Positions 1 through 12,127 are shown, counted from the first letter of the stretch. The stretch: DNA of 64,000 nucleotides from a gamma proteobacterium endosymbiont of Lamellibrachia anaximandri (GCA_016756835.1 JAESPE010000001.1:16732-80731); one strand, 5' to 3'. Notes: a model not told the origin generated them from the letters alone. Made by a program: numbers and translations.

Positions 1-1
1 C

Positions 2-1309
<1,308 letters not shown>

Positions 1310-1362
1310 GCGCCTGAGTCCGGTGGGAATAGTCCAGCAGCATCTTCCTGAGCAGGCTGTAG

Positions 1363-1866
1363 CTATTTTTCACGTTCGAGGGTAATAAAACTATAGGCGA
1401 AGCAGTTTTTTTCGTCAGCGGTAAAATCCTCCCGCCCGACTTCCCGCCATGCTGACAGATCAAATTCGGGAAACCAGGCATCTCCCTCCACCTCCGTATG
1501 CACCAGGGTGAGATAGAGCCGGTCCGCCCGCGGCAACATCTGAGCATAAAAGGCGCCGCCGCCGACAATCATGATCTCCTGTGCATCCCCCGCAGCCGCG
1601 ACCGCCTCATCAATGGAGTGAACCACCAGGGCGCCCTCCGCCCGATAGCCCCGATTGCCGGTGACCACGATATGTTGCCGCTTCGGCAACAGTCCCGGCA
1701 GGGACTCCCAAGTCTTGCGCCCCATCACGATGGGCTTGCCCAGCGTGAGCCGTTTGAAGTGCTGTAGATCTGCGGAGAGATGCCAGGGCAGCTGGTTATT
1801 GCGCCCGATCACCCGGTTCTCCGCCATCGCCCAGATCAGGGAGATAGTGGGGCCATCTCCACTCAT
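1363..1866 (-). CDS. folA: Dihydrofolate reductase
   Basis: 167 aa. [21 protein letters not shown] and [14 protein letters not shown] match DHFR. ATGA overlap with the thyA stop. Confidence 0.93.
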   Translation of the reverse strand: MSGDGPTISLIWAMAENRVIGRNNQLPWHLSADLQHFKRLTLGKPIVMGRKTWESLPGLLPKRQHIVVTGNRGYRAEGALVVHSIDEAVAAAGDAQEIMIVGGGAFYAQMLPRADRLYLTLVHTEVEGDAWFPEFDLSAWREVGREDFTADEKNCFAYSFITLEREK

Positions 1867-2657
1867 ACGGCAACCTGCGCCTTGATGTGCGGGTGCGGGT
1901 CGTAATCGACCAGCTCGAAGTCTTCGAAACGAAACCCGAAGATATCCTTCACCTCCGGGTTGATGCGCATGCGGGGCAGATTGCGCGGCTCGCGACTCAA
2001 CTGCAGATCTGTCTGTTCAAGATGGTTGGAGTAGAGATGGGCATCGCCGAAAGTATGCACAAAATCCCCCGGCAGCAGCCCTGTCACCTGGGCCATCATC
2101 ATGGTCAGCAGGGCGTAGGAGGCAATATTGAACGGCACGCCGAGAAAGATGTCCGCACTGCGCTGGTAGAGCTGGCAGGAGAGCCTGCCATCCGCCACGT
2201 AGAACTGGAACAGACAGTGGCAGGGGGGCAGCGCCATCTCGTCCACGTCCGCTGGATTCCAGGCGGTCACCATGAGGCGGCGGGAGTCCGGATTGCTGCG
2301 AATCTGCTCCACCAGTTGGCTGATCTGGTCGATACTGCGCCCACCCGGTGCAGGCCATGAACGCCACTGGTAGCCATAAACAGGACCCAGGTCGCCACTC
2401 CCGTCCGCCCATTCATCCCAGATGCGCACCCCATTCTCTTTCAGATAGCGGATATTGGTATCACCCTGCAAAAACCAGAGCAGTTCGTGGATGATCGAGC
2501 GCAGATGCAGTTTTTTTGTCGTCAGCGCGGGAAAACCCACGGACAGATCGAAACGCATCTGGTAACCGAAGACACTCTGCGTCCCGGTGCCGGTTCGATC
2601 CTCTTTGACCGTGCCGGTATCCCGCACATGCCGCATCAGGTCAAGATACTGTTTCAT
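1863..2657 (-). CDS. thyA: Thymidylate synthase
   Basis: [11 protein letters not shown]..., ALPPCH active-site motif, C-terminal ...IKAQVAV. The ORF extends to 2669; I prefer the MKQYL start at 2657. Confidence 0.94.
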   Translation of the reverse strand: MKQYLDLMRHVRDTGTVKEDRTGTGTQSVFGYQMRFDLSVGFPALTTKKLHLRSIIHELLWFLQGDTNIRYLKENGVRIWDEWADGSGDLGPVYGYQWRSWPAPGGRSIDQISQLVEQIRSNPDSRRLMVTAWNPADVDEMALPPCHCLFQFYVADGRLSCQLYQRSADIFLGVPFNIASYALLTMMMAQVTGLLPGDFVHTFGDAHLYSNHLEQTDLQLSREPRNLPRMRINPEVKDIFGFRFEDFELVDYDPHPHIKAQVAV

Positions 2658-3504
2658 GGCGTCCCTCATCCATTGCTGATCTGTTTCTATAAGCCAGGAT
2701 CAGCAGCAGAATACCGAACAGGATCATCGGCAGGCTCAGCAACTGTCCCATCGTCACCCAGTCGAATGCCAGGTAGCCGAGATGGGCATCAGGCATACGC
2801 ACGAACTCCACCCCAAAGCGGAAGACACCGTAACAGAGAAGGAAGAGTCCCGAAACCGCCATACGCGGTCTGCCTCGGGCGGAAAAAAGCCATAACACCA
2901 GAAAGAGCACCACCCCTTCCAGCAGCAACTCATAGAGTTGATTCGGATGCACCGGCAGCGAGTGGATGCCATCAACGGCAACCCCGGCCCGACTACAGAG
3001 ATCACCCGCCTCTACACAGGGCACCTGCATGCCCCAAGGCAAGCGGGTCACTCCCCCCCAAAGCTCACCGTTGATAAAGTTACCCACACGTCCTGCACCA
3101 AGACCAATCGGTATCAGCGGGGCAATAAAGTCCGTGGCCTCAAAAAAGGTTCGCCCATACTTGCGACCAAAGAGCCACATGGCCATCAACACCCCTAACA
3201 GACCGCCATGAAAAGACATTCCCCCTTCCCAAACTTTTAACAGGGTCACAGGATCTTCAATAAAACGGGGGAAACCATAGAAAAGTGTGTACCCGAGCCG
3301 ACCGCCCAGCACCACTCCTACTACTATATAAAAAACCAGGTCGTCGATCTGCGTGACCGTCCAGCCGCTGCCCGGTTTTTTTGCGCGCACGCGGCCAAGC
3401 CACCAGCCGCACCAGAATCCAACCAGGTACATCACACCGTACCAGTGAATTTTGAGCGGCCCCAGTGCAATCAGAACAGGATCGATATCAGGATATGTCA
3501 ACAT
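2641..3504 (-). CDS. lgt: Prolipoprotein diacylglyceryl transferase
   Basis: 287 aa, polytopic. [11 protein letters not shown] and the FHGGLLG motif. lgt-thyA adjacency is as in enterics. Confidence 0.93.
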   Translation of the reverse strand: MLTYPDIDPVLIALGPLKIHWYGVMYLVGFWCGWWLGRVRAKKPGSGWTVTQIDDLVFYIVVGVVLGGRLGYTLFYGFPRFIEDPVTLLKVWEGGMSFHGGLLGVLMAMWLFGRKYGRTFFEATDFIAPLIPIGLGAGRVGNFINGELWGGVTRLPWGMQVPCVEAGDLCSRAGVAVDGIHSLPVHPNQLYELLLEGVVLFLVLWLFSARGRPRMAVSGLFLLCYGVFRFGVEFVRMPDAHLGYLAFDWVTMGQLLSLPMILFGILLLILAYRNRSAMDEGRHETVS

Positions 3505-3742
3505 TTGTGGATATAACCTCAGGAATAGAATTCATGAACTTTGCCAGAACGAATCGATTTAGCTATCGTCTACCCATAATGATGGTAAAGTTATGTGACG
3601 TGGTTCGCACTTTTCAGGCTTTCTGGAATGAGATTCACAAAAAATGTGACGGTTTTTCGCAAAGTGTCAAGATTTTGATTCCCCGGCCGTTAAGTAAGTC
3701 AGACGATGCAGTACTCCACTTCATCCGAGACCAGGAAGGGAT

Positions 3743-4117
3743 ATGACTTACGCACATGCACAACACTTTGAGACTTATATACCAAGAAATATGGAAACAC
3801 TAGGTTCAAGATTACGAAGAAAACGCCGCGAGCGCGGTTGGACCCAGGAAGAGCTCGCCTTGCGAGCAGGCACTAATCAAGCCGTAATCCAAAAAATTGA
3901 AAACGGCAAGAGCCTGCGGCCGCGCAAGATCGACGAAATTGCTCAGGTACTGGACGTCAATCCAGCCTGGCTGATGTTCGGCGAGAAATCAGGTCCATCG
4001 CTCGACGACGATGCCGTCGAAGTCGCAAAAGCCTGGCAGCGGCTTCCTGAACCCATCCGCACGCGGATTAAGCGTAACATTTTTGAGCAGGCACTGCCCC
4101 ACTCGTCCAAGAAATAG
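3743..4117 (+). CDS. XRE-family helix-turn-helix transcriptional regulator
   Basis: LRRKRRERGWTQEELALRAGTNQAVIQKIENGKS is a typical Cro/C1 HTH. GGAAGG lies 5 nt upstream of the ATG at 3743; the ATG at 3791 is an alternative start. Confidence 0.7.
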   Translation: MTYAHAQHFETYIPRNMETLGSRLRRKRRERGWTQEELALRAGTNQAVIQKIENGKSLRPRKIDEIAQVLDVNPAWLMFGEKSGPSLDDDAVEVAKAWQRLPEPIRTRIKRNIFEQALPHSSKK

Positions 4118-4128
4118 GGCTAGGTTAT

Positions 4129-4148
4129 CGGGGCGCTTGTGCGCCCCG
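4129..4148. terminator. GC hairpin between convergent genes (CGGGGCGC-ttgt-GCGCCCCG), no clear U-tract
   Basis: 8-bp perfect stem read directly between the XRE stop (4117) and the rlmI stop (4157). Confidence 0.3.
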
Positions 4149-4156
4149 GCCCGTAT

Positions 4157-5353
4157 TCAAAAGACCGGCAGCACTCTCAGAAAGTAACTCTTCAGGTAGG
4201 CCGTCTCCGGAATTGCCGGATGGATGGGGTGGTCCATTCCTTGCTGGCCGCTTTCCAGCAACTGCAAGCTGCGTTCCAGGTGACGTGCGCCCTGCTGTAT
4301 CCTTCCCAACAACTTCTCTCCCGACATGTGATGGGAACAGGAGGAGCTGACAAGCACACCATCCCGCTCCAACACCTGCATGCCAGCTTGATTGAGGCGC
4401 CGGTAAGCCAGCTCCCCCTCTTTCTGATCCTTGCGACGCTTGATGAATGCGGGCGGATCCAGCAGCACCACATCGAAACGCTCCCTTGCCTGTCGCAGGG
4501 CCTTCAACACTGCGAACGCCTCCCCCTGATGGATCTGAATCCGGTCTGCTACGCCATTGCGTTCGGCATTTAGCCCAACCTGCTCCAGCGCAGGCGCCGA
4601 CAAATCGACACAATGCACTTCCCTGGCGCCATTCCTGGCTGCAGCAACCCCCCAGCTTCCTGTATAGCTACAGACGTCGAGCACCCTTTTGCCGGAAATA
4701 TATTTAAGCATCCGGCAGCGATTCTCCCGCTGATCGTAAAACCAGCCGGTTTTTTGCCCTTTTTTCAAAGAAATCTGAAACTCTGTACCGTTCTCTTCCA
4801 GCGTCAGCCATTCAGGCACGTCGCCAGCCGCTGTTTCGATAGTACTTTCCAGACCTTCCACTCCCCTGGTCGAGGTGTCGTTGCGAAACAGCACACCTGC
4901 CGGTCTCAGTACCTTCTCCACTGCAGCGACGATCTCACTCTTGATACGCTCCATGCCCGCAGTGGTGATCTGGATCACAACCTGATCGCCATATCTATCC
5001 ACGATCAGACCGGGCAGACCGTCACTCTCACCAAAAACGAGCCGATAGAAGGGAGTGGAGTAGAGCCGCTCACGCAGTCCCAATGCAACTTTCAGGCGAT
5101 GCACCAATAACGACTGGCTCAATGGATGCTCGCGGTCACGGCTGACGAGCCTTGCACAGATAAGTGAGTGAGCATTTACATACCCGGTGCCCAACCATTT
5201 CCCCCGGTGACTGATAATCTCCACCGGCTGGCCCGGCTCGAAAGCGGTTAAAGGCGTTGCACTGATATCGACCTCATTGCTGAACACCCAGCAGTGACCG
5301 GCATGCAGACGGCGCTCACGGTCTTTCTTCAATTTCAGTGGTGCGATTTCCAT
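4157..5353 (-). CDS. rlmI: 23S rRNA m5C1962 methyltransferase RlmI-like (PUA + class I SAM MTase)
   Basis: MEIAPLKLKKDRERRLHAGHCWVF (PUA N-terminus) and VLDVCSYTGSWG...DLS (SAM motif). The ORF extends to 5398; I prefer the internal MEIAP start. Confidence 0.82.
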   Translation of the reverse strand: MEIAPLKLKKDRERRLHAGHCWVFSNEVDISATPLTAFEPGQPVEIISHRGKWLGTGYVNAHSLICARLVSRDREHPLSQSLLVHRLKVALGLRERLYSTPFYRLVFGESDGLPGLIVDRYGDQVVIQITTAGMERIKSEIVAAVEKVLRPAGVLFRNDTSTRGVEGLESTIETAAGDVPEWLTLEENGTEFQISLKKGQKTGWFYDQRENRCRMLKYISGKRVLDVCSYTGSWGVAAARNGAREVHCVDLSAPALEQVGLNAERNGVADRIQIHQGEAFAVLKALRQARERFDVVLLDPPAFIKRRKDQKEGELAYRRLNQAGMQVLERDGVLVSSSCSHHMSGEKLLGRIQQGARHLERSLQLLESGQQGMDHPIHPAIPETAYLKSYFLRVLPVF

Positions 5354-5406
5354 GTAAGTGTCTCTTGAACATTGGCAGCAGAGCAGCGTACACCCCACCT
5401 GAAACA

Positions 5407-5484
5407 GTAGGCCGGTTCAAGCATAGCGGAACCGGCAATCGCCTGTGCTGTAATGCCCGATCCGCCATGCTTGATCGGGCCTAC
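5407..5484. repeat. REP doublet (unit A + at 5407-5436, unit B - at 5455-5484)
   Basis: GTAGGCCGGTTCAAGCATAGCGGAACCGGC, and the reverse complement of GTAGGCCCGATCAAGCATGGCGGATCGGGC. Confidence 0.85.
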
Positions 5485-5942
5485 AGTTTCCAGCGCGCCT
5501 CGGCTTCATCATCGCTATGACGGGCATCCACCCAGCGACTGCCTTCCGGCGTTGACTCTTTTTTCCAGAATGGGGCACGGGTCTTGAGGAAGTCGATGAT
5601 GAACTCACAGGCTTGAAACGCCTCTCCCCGATGCGTACTGGCCACAGCCACCAGCACGATAGGATCTGTAGGTTTCATCTCTCCAACCCGATGAACCACC
5701 CGGCTGCCCAGCAGATCCCAGCGCTGATTCGCCTCATCGACAATCGTTTGCAGCGACTTCTCCGTCATACCCGGATAGTGTTCCAGGGTCATGGTGGAGA
5801 CCGTTTCCCCTTCGTTGATATCGCGCATCAGGCCGATAAAGCTCACAACACCGCCGATAGCCGGGTTCCCGGCTCGCAGGATGTCGACCTCGATGTTGGG
5901 GTCGAAGGGTTCGGACTGGATTCGGATTTCGTTCATGGGCAA
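5481..5942 (-). CDS. moaE: Molybdopterin synthase catalytic subunit
   Basis: 153 aa. GAVVSF.G..RD-type N-terminus (IGGVVSFIGLMRD), LEHYPGM, and FWKKE at the C-terminus. Confidence 0.9.
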   Translation of the reverse strand: MPMNEIRIQSEPFDPNIEVDILRAGNPAIGGVVSFIGLMRDINEGETVSTMTLEHYPGMTEKSLQTIVDEANQRWDLLGSRVVHRVGEMKPTDPIVLVAVASTHRGEAFQACEFIIDFLKTRAPFWKKESTPEGSRWVDARHSDDEAEARWKL

Positions 5943-6015
5943 TATCGACTCAGTAGTTCATAAAACTGTCATTTCGACCGCAGGGAGAAATGACAACCCC
6001 ATGAAGAACCATTTC

Positions 6016-6267
6016 TCACCCCCCCGTCACGGGAGGAAAGAAGGCGACTTCATCACCATCCTGGACTGGCGTATCGGTACCCGTCATCTCCTGATTGAGC
6101 GCCATCATCACCGTTTGATCGGCTGCAAAAACATCGGCCCAGATACCGCCCCGCTCTCGAAGGCGCATCAAAACCGCCCCCAGATCCGCAAGGCCCTCTG
6201 CCTCCATCTCCAGGGACGCTTCATCGAGCTGCTCCCGCAAACTGGCGAAAAAGAGCACCTTGATCAT
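6016..6267 (-). CDS. moaD: Molybdopterin synthase sulfur-carrier subunit
   Basis: MIKVLFFASLRE... ending in ...FFPPVTGG (C-terminal GG). ATGA overlap with the moeA stop. The longer ORF to 6357 is rejected. Confidence 0.86.
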   Translation of the reverse strand: MIKVLFFASLREQLDEASLEMEAEGLADLGAVLMRLRERGGIWADVFAADQTVMMALNQEMTGTDTPVQDGDEVAFFPPVTGG

Positions 6268-7514
6268 GACATCAGCTCGTGGAAAGAGAGAAACTGCACC
6301 GGATCGCCTTTTTTCAAACACTCCCGCTCCGGGATGATCGCCAGCCCGTTGGCCCATGCCACCGAACTCAAAACCCCTGATGAACGGCTTGGATAGAGTG
6401 TGACCACCGCTTCGCCGGATTCGTTGAGTTCCATCCGTGCGCGGGCATATTCACGGCGCTTGTCAGGCTTGTTCCAGTCGAAACCCGCCTTGGCGGTCAT
6501 AGGCGTGGGGATTGCTCCATCCTTCACACCCTGGGAGCGCAGGATATAGGGACGCGCAAACACATTGAAGGTAACGAACAGGGAGACCGGGTTGCCGGGT
6601 GTGCCGATGAAGGGCGTCTCGCCAATATGTCCGAAAGCCAGCGGTTTGCCGGGACGGATCGCGATCTTCCACAGATCCAGCGACCCGAGTTTCTCCACGG
6701 CAGGTTTGACGTGATCCTCTTCGCCGACGGAGACGCCACCTGAGGCGACCACCAGGTCGGCCTGTTCTGCAGCGCGTGCCAAGGCATCGCAGGTTGCCTC
6801 GAAGGTGTCCTCGATGATACCAAGTTGAATCACCTCGCAGCCCAGCACTGCCAGCATGCCACCGAGGGTATACTGGTTGGAGTTGTAGATCTGACCGGGA
6901 CCCAACTCACTGCCGGGCATCACAAGTTCATCACCGCTGGAGAAGACCGCAACCTTGAGCCGGCGAAAGACGGTCAGATCCGCGACTCCCACTGCGGCCG
7001 CAAGACCCAGATGCTGTGGACCCAGACGAGTACCGGCGGAGAGGATCTCTTCACCCTCTTTGATGTCCTCTCCGGCAAGACGGATGTTGGCACCGGCCTT
7101 GGGAGCATCGTTGACGACAACGTCATCGCCATCCTGCTCGCAAACCTCTTGAATCACCACCGCATCGGCACCTGACGGCACCGGCGCGCCGGTAAAGATA
7201 CGCGCCGCAGTACCCCGTTGCAGCGGCTCCCCGGTAGCCCCCGCCGGGATGCGCTGGGAGACCGGCAGGCGGGTGGAGTCATCCTGCAGATCAGCAGTAT
7301 TAACCGCATACCCGTCCATCGCACTATTATCCCAGGGCGGTACCGTCACCAGACTCGCCACTGGCTCGGCCAGCACCCGCCCCAAGGCATCCTCTGTTGC
7401 AACCTGTTCCTTCTCGGTCACGGAATGAACACGCGCCAGCAGGAAGTCGAGTGCCTCTTCAATGGGTTTCAGCGCAGGTCCGCTGTGGTGGGATCCGCAG
7501 TCACATCCACTCAT
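6264..7514 (-). CDS. moeA: Molybdopterin molybdenumtransferase
   Basis: 416 aa. SAMDGYAV, GANIRLAGEDI, SGGVSVGEEDH and PGNPVS motifs. Confidence 0.92.
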   Translation of the reverse strand: MSGCDCGSHHSGPALKPIEEALDFLLARVHSVTEKEQVATEDALGRVLAEPVASLVTVPPWDNSAMDGYAVNTADLQDDSTRLPVSQRIPAGATGEPLQRGTAARIFTGAPVPSGADAVVIQEVCEQDGDDVVVNDAPKAGANIRLAGEDIKEGEEILSAGTRLGPQHLGLAAAVGVADLTVFRRLKVAVFSSGDELVMPGSELGPGQIYNSNQYTLGGMLAVLGCEVIQLGIIEDTFEATCDALARAAEQADLVVASGGVSVGEEDHVKPAVEKLGSLDLWKIAIRPGKPLAFGHIGETPFIGTPGNPVSLFVTFNVFARPYILRSQGVKDGAIPTPMTAKAGFDWNKPDKRREYARARMELNESGEAVVTLYPSRSSGVLSSVAWANGLAIIPERECLKKGDPVQFLSFHELMS

Positions 7515-7526
7515 GATTCAAACTCC

Positions 7527-8057
7527 TTACACTTCAAGAAGACGGGGGAACATCTGGGCAAAATTACAGGGCCGCGTACGATGATCGAGTTGCGCCAGCA
7601 GGATCTTGTCCCAACCTGTACGACAGGCCCCGGTAGAGCCCGGCAGACAGAAGACCAGGGTACCGTTGGCAAGTCCGGAAATGGCCCTGGACTGAATGGC
7701 AGACGCGCCGATCTCCTCCAGAGAGATGGTGCGAAAGAGCTCACCAAACCCCTCGATCGACTTGTCGAAGAGGGGCATCAGCGCCTCCGGGGTGCTGTCT
7801 CGGCCCGTAATGCCGGTGCCGCCGGTGCTGATGATGATATGCACATCCGGGTCGGCGATCCAACGCGAGACGATGGCCCGCATCTGATAGACATCATCGG
7901 GCACGATGACTTTTTCGACCACATTGTGTCCCGCCTCGACGGCGCGATCCCGCAGGGTATCCCCCGATTTATCGGTCTCTTCGGTGCGCGAATCCGAGAC
8001 GGTCAACACCGCAATATTCAGAGGCACGAACCCGGTATCTTCAAAATGTCCACTCAT
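7527..8057 (-). CDS. moaB: Molybdenum cofactor biosynthesis protein B
   Basis: 176 aa. LTVSDSR...D.SG and STGGTGITGRD motifs. Confidence 0.88.
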   Translation of the reverse strand: MSGHFEDTGFVPLNIAVLTVSDSRTEETDKSGDTLRDRAVEAGHNVVEKVIVPDDVYQMRAIVSRWIADPDVHIIISTGGTGITGRDSTPEALMPLFDKSIEGFGELFRTISLEEIGASAIQSRAISGLANGTLVFCLPGSTGACRTGWDKILLAQLDHRTRPCNFAQMFPRLLEV

Positions 8058-8074
8058 GCTTTATCGGTTTCCTG

Positions 8075-9010
8075 TTACTGGAATGTGTAGCCGAACGCCT
8101 GCTTGAAACGCGCAGCAAACTCTTCGCGGGTAAAGATATGATTCTGGGTACCTGCCTGCTCGATCTTATAGGCCCCCATCAGCGCCGCGATCCGCGCGGT
8201 GGTCTCCCAGTCCATCCCGTTCATCAGACCATACAGCAGTCCGGCACGGTAGGCGTCACCACAACCGGTGGGGTCATTGACCGCACTGACGGGGGCGACC
8301 GGGATATCGATACGCTGCTTCTTCGTATAGATGGTTGAACCCTCGCCACCCCGGGTGACGATCACCGCCTCCACCATCTCCGCCAGTTGCTCCGGTGTCT
8401 TGCCGGTACGCTCCTGCATCAACTGCAGTTCATAGTCGTTGAAAGCGAGCCATGTGGCCTGCTCGGCAAAGCCAAGCAGGTCATTGCCATCGAACATAGG
8501 CATACCTTGACCCGGATCAAAGATGAACGGCACATCCGCGTCGGCAAACTGTTCGGCGTGATCGACCATACCCTGGCGACCATCCGGAGAGACCATGCCG
8601 ATGGTGCAGCCCTCGGCCTCGGTGACATCTATCTCATGGGCGTTGTTCATCGCACCGGGATGGAATGCGGTGATCTGATTGTCATCCTTGTCCGTGGTGA
8701 TATAGGCCTGAGCAGTATAGGCATCCTCGATCACCTTGAGATACTCACGGCTGATGCCGCACTCATCCATCCACTTTGCATAGGGACCGAAATCCTCGCC
8801 CACGGCGCCCGCCGGCTTGCCGTCCCCACCCAGCATCTTCAGGTTGTAGGCAATATTCCCGGCGCACCCCCCAAACTCACGGCGCATGTCAGGCACCAGA
8901 AAGGAGACATTCAGGATATGCACCTGCTCAGGCAGGATGTGATTTTTGAATTGATCATGGAAGACCATGATGGTGTCGTAGGCGAAAGAGCCACAGATCA
9001 GTGCGGACAT
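8075..9010 (-). CDS. PfkB-family carbohydrate/nucleoside kinase
   Basis: MSALICGSFAYD... and the PfkB C-terminal signature DPTGCGDAYRAGLLYG. The ORF extends to 9094; I prefer the internal start at 9010. Confidence 0.8.
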   Translation of the reverse strand: MSALICGSFAYDTIMVFHDQFKNHILPEQVHILNVSFLVPDMRREFGGCAGNIAYNLKMLGGDGKPAGAVGEDFGPYAKWMDECGISREYLKVIEDAYTAQAYITTDKDDNQITAFHPGAMNNAHEIDVTEAEGCTIGMVSPDGRQGMVDHAEQFADADVPFIFDPGQGMPMFDGNDLLGFAEQATWLAFNDYELQLMQERTGKTPEQLAEMVEAVIVTRGGEGSTIYTKKQRIDIPVAPVSAVNDPTGCGDAYRAGLLYGLMNGMDWETTARIAALMGAYKIEQAGTQNHIFTREEFAARFKQAFGYTFQ

Positions 9011-9086
9011 AGGATATTCCTGATTATTGTTAGCCGGACGGGGGGGCGTTTGAATAGAAGGCGCTAGTTTATGCGGCGGGGTTGTC

Positions 9087-9265
9087 AGGGGCAAGGTTGG
9101 AGAGGTAAAAGGTTAAAGGAGGTGGTGCCAACGGATTGGTCGCACGCTGTCGTTACTACGTTTAGGCGCTGAAAGACCTACTATGGGCTTGATGCCTGAT
9201 TCAAACAAATATTTAATTTGTTAGCCTTTAGCCTTTAGCCTTTAACCTTTTACCTTTCACCTATC
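9087..9265. repeat. Inverted heptamer arrays (AGGnnnn left, nnnnCCT right) around a ~119-bp core
   Basis: GGTAAAAGGTTAAAGG (9104-9119) is exactly complementary to CCTTTAACCTTTTACC (9239-9254). On the right arm, CCT recurs every 7 nt at 9225, 9232, 9239, 9246, 9253 and 9260. Confidence 0.75.
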
Positions 9266-10706
9266 CTTTCCAAGCTAAATCCAGATCCCGGGCGGCCCGC
9301 ACGTCATCAAGCCGTCTCACCGGCAGATCATGGGGGGCAGACTTCACCTTCTCAGGATCGTTCTGCGCCTCCTGCAGTATGGTTGTCATAATATCCACGA
9401 AGCGATCCAGCTCATCCTGCGCCTCGGTTTCGGTCGGCTCGATCAACAGGCACTCAGGCACCAACAGGGGAAAGTAGGTGGTGGGCGCATGCACACCGAA
9501 ATCGAGCAGCCGCTTGGCAAAGTCCATGGTATTGACGCCCAGCTCACGGGCCTGCCGCTTCAGGGTAAGAATAAATTCATGACTGGCGCGCCGCTGCGGA
9601 TAAGCGGCATCGAAACCAACGTCGGTAAGACGTTTCAGCAGATAGTTGGCGTTGAGGGTGGAGAACTCCGCCACCCGAGGCATGCCGTCGCGTCCTAACA
9701 AACGCGCATAGATATAGGCCCGCAGCAACACGCCTGCATTGCCGGCGAAGGCAGATAGCCGCCCAATACTCTCTGGCCGGTTATCTTCGGTCAGCCAGAC
9801 ATAACCCGCACCATCCTGTGCCACCATCGGCACCGGCAGATAGGGTTCCAGCCGCTCGCTCACGCCCACCGGACCGGCACCAGGGCCACCGCCACCGTGT
9901 GGCGTGGAGAAAGTCTTGTGCAGGTTCATGTGGATGACATCGAATCCCATATCACCAGGACGCACCTTACCGAGGATGGCATTGAGGTTGGCACCATCAT
10001 AATAGAGCAGCCCGCCAGCCTCATGGACCAAACCGGCGATCTCTTTGATTCGACGCTCGAACACGCCCACGGTGGATGGGTTGGTGAGCATAATGCCTGC
10101 GGTCTGCGGTCCCAAAACACCTTTCAGTGCCTCGACATCGATATCACCGTCCGCACCGGTGGGGATCTCCCGCACCTTGTAACCGCACATCACCGCCGAG
10201 GCGGGATTGGTGCCGTGGGCCGCGTCCGGCGCCAGAATCTCGTTGCGGGCGTCATCGCCCCTGGCATCGTGATAGGCGCGGATCATCGCCACCCCGGCGA
10301 ACTCCCCCTGGGCGCCTGCTGCAGGAGAGAGTGAGACCGCAGACATACCGGTCGCCTCTTTGAGCATCTCCTGCAGATCGTACAGGCAACCCATGAAACC
10401 CTGGCTGTGGGTCTCCGGTGCCAAAGGGTGGCGCGCAAGGAAACCGGGCAGCGAGGCAAGGCTGTTGCTGGCCCGTGGGTTGTACTTCATGGTGCAGGAG
10501 CCCAGCGGGTAGAAATGGGTGTCGATGGAGAAGTTCTTCTGCGAAAGCTGGGTGTAGTGACGCACCACCTGCATCTCGGAGACCTCGGGCATAGACGCTG
10601 ACTGACGGCGGCGGAATTGTTGCGGGAGTCCATCCAGGTCAGTCTCTTGCAGCGGTGCCTGGGCAGTTGCGCGACGGCCCGCACGGCTTTTTTCAAAGAT
10701 CAACAT
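9261..10706 (-). CDS. gcvPB: Glycine dehydrogenase (decarboxylating) subunit 2
   Basis: 481 aa. The PLP-lysine context [16 protein letters not shown] is characteristic. Confidence 0.95.
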   Translation of the reverse strand: MLIFEKSRAGRRATAQAPLQETDLDGLPQQFRRRQSASMPEVSEMQVVRHYTQLSQKNFSIDTHFYPLGSCTMKYNPRASNSLASLPGFLARHPLAPETHSQGFMGCLYDLQEMLKEATGMSAVSLSPAAGAQGEFAGVAMIRAYHDARGDDARNEILAPDAAHGTNPASAVMCGYKVREIPTGADGDIDVEALKGVLGPQTAGIMLTNPSTVGVFERRIKEIAGLVHEAGGLLYYDGANLNAILGKVRPGDMGFDVIHMNLHKTFSTPHGGGGPGAGPVGVSERLEPYLPVPMVAQDGAGYVWLTEDNRPESIGRLSAFAGNAGVLLRAYIYARLLGRDGMPRVAEFSTLNANYLLKRLTDVGFDAAYPQRRASHEFILTLKRQARELGVNTMDFAKRLLDFGVHAPTTYFPLLVPECLLIEPTETEAQDELDRFVDIMTTILQEAQNDPEKVKSAPHDLPVRRLDDVRAARDLDLAWKG

Positions 10707-10713
10707 AGTCGTA

Positions 10714-12111
10714 TCACCAATCGGGTTTCAGCTTGCAGGGGGTCTGGATACGTGCGTTTATCACCCGCTCCAGTTTGCTGCGATACTGCTCGATATCCTC
10801 ATCGCCCCGCATCTCCGTGGCGCAGACCAGAACAGCATTGCCGAGCTCGGGATAGTCGGCACTCAAATCGAAACCGCCCAGTACGTTGTGGGCCGCCAGG
10901 GAACGCAGCGCATCCTTGGTCTCCAGCGGCAGGCGCAACACGCGCTCATGAAAGACCGCTCCCTTGAAGACCGGACTGACGCCAGGCAGCCCGCCCAACG
11001 CCTTGACCAGCTTCCCGGTGTTGGCATGGCAGGCAGCCGCAACCCGCTCCAGGCCTTCCGCGCCCAACAGCGACATATGGATGGTCGCCGCCGTGACCAT
11101 CAGACCCTGATTGGTGCAGATATTGGAGGTCGCCTTGGAGCGGCGGATATGCTGCTCGCGGGCCTGCAGGGTCAGGGTGTAACCCGTCTTGCCGTCGAGG
11201 TCGACCGTGCGGCCAATGATGCGTCCCGGCATCTGGCGCACCAGCTTCTGGGTGCAGGTAAGAAAGCCGAAATAGGGACCACCCGACGCCAGGGGCGCTC
11301 CCAGGGGTTGTCCTTCACCGCAGCAGATATCCGCTCCCTGTTCACCCCACTCGCCCGGCGGCGGCAACACCGCCAAAGCCACCGGGTTGGCCACCGCGAC
11401 TGCCAGCATCCTGTTGGCGTGCGCCCAGTCGGTCAGCTCATCCACCGACTCCAGCACCCCGAAGAAGTTGCACTGGGGAATGACCAAGGCGGCAAAATCC
11501 TCACCGGCATACTGCTCCAGCGCCGATAGATCTATCTGCCCGCTCTCCATATCGAAGGGCAGTTCCACCAACGCTATGCCCTGATTGCGCACGATGGAGT
11601 GGACTACGCGCCGGTAGGCGGGATGCAGTGAGCGGGGTATCAGGATGCGCTTCGATTTGGACTTGCGGTTCGCCCGCACCGCCATCAAAACCGCTTCGGC
11701 CAGGGCAGAGGCCCCGTCGTAGAGAGAGGTATTGGAGACATCCATGACGGTGAGCGCCGTCATCATCGACTGGAACTCATAGAGCAGTTGCAAGGTGCCC
11801 TGACTCGCCTCCGCCTGGTAGGGGGTATAGGCGGTGTAGAACTCCCCCCGGGTGGCAAGTTGCCAGACCGCGGCCGGGATATGGTGGTCATAGGCGCCGG
11901 CACCGATAAAACAGAGCGGCTGCCCATCCTGGCGGGCGCGGGTATTCATCAGCCGCCCGACCTCCATCTCCGACATCCCCTGCGGGATCTTCTCCAGCTC
12001 GCCACAACGCAAGGCCTGCGGAATCTCGTCGAAAAGTGCATCGATATCCGGCGCACCGATGGTCGCCAGCATGGCCTGAATATCAGCTTCAGTATGGGGG
12101 ATGAACGGCAT
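10714..12111 (-). CDS. gcvPA: Glycine dehydrogenase (decarboxylating) subunit 1
   Basis: 465 aa. [12 protein letters not shown] and [14 protein letters not shown] motifs. Confidence 0.95.
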   Translation of the reverse strand: MPFIPHTEADIQAMLATIGAPDIDALFDEIPQALRCGELEKIPQGMSEMEVGRLMNTRARQDGQPLCFIGAGAYDHHIPAAVWQLATRGEFYTAYTPYQAEASQGTLQLLYEFQSMMTALTVMDVSNTSLYDGASALAEAVLMAVRANRKSKSKRILIPRSLHPAYRRVVHSIVRNQGIALVELPFDMESGQIDLSALEQYAGEDFAALVIPQCNFFGVLESVDELTDWAHANRMLAVAVANPVALAVLPPPGEWGEQGADICCGEGQPLGAPLASGGPYFGFLTCTQKLVRQMPGRIIGRTVDLDGKTGYTLTLQAREQHIRRSKATSNICTNQGLMVTAATIHMSLLGAEGLERVAAACHANTGKLVKALGGLPGVSPVFKGAVFHERVLRLPLETKDALRSLAAHNVLGGFDLSADYPELGNAVLVCATEMRGDEDIEQYRSKLERVINARIQTPCKLKPDW

Positions 12112-12127
12112 GGATCAGGACCTGTTT

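Noticed and set aside
3465-3746. 93-aa ORF in the lgt/XRE intergenic region
   Set aside because: It overlaps the lgt start, is AT-rich with no ribosome-binding site, and has no recognisable fold. The region is more likely promoter or operator DNA.
3743-4117. XRE regulator as the antitoxin of a toxin-antitoxin pair
   Set aside because: There is no small partner ORF adjacent on either side. The gene stands alone between lgt and rlmI.
5969-5998. 9-bp hairpin (TGTCATTTC...GAAATGACA) between moaD and moaE
   Set aside because: It is short, occurs once, and has no U-tract. It is probably incidental or a minor mRNA structure.
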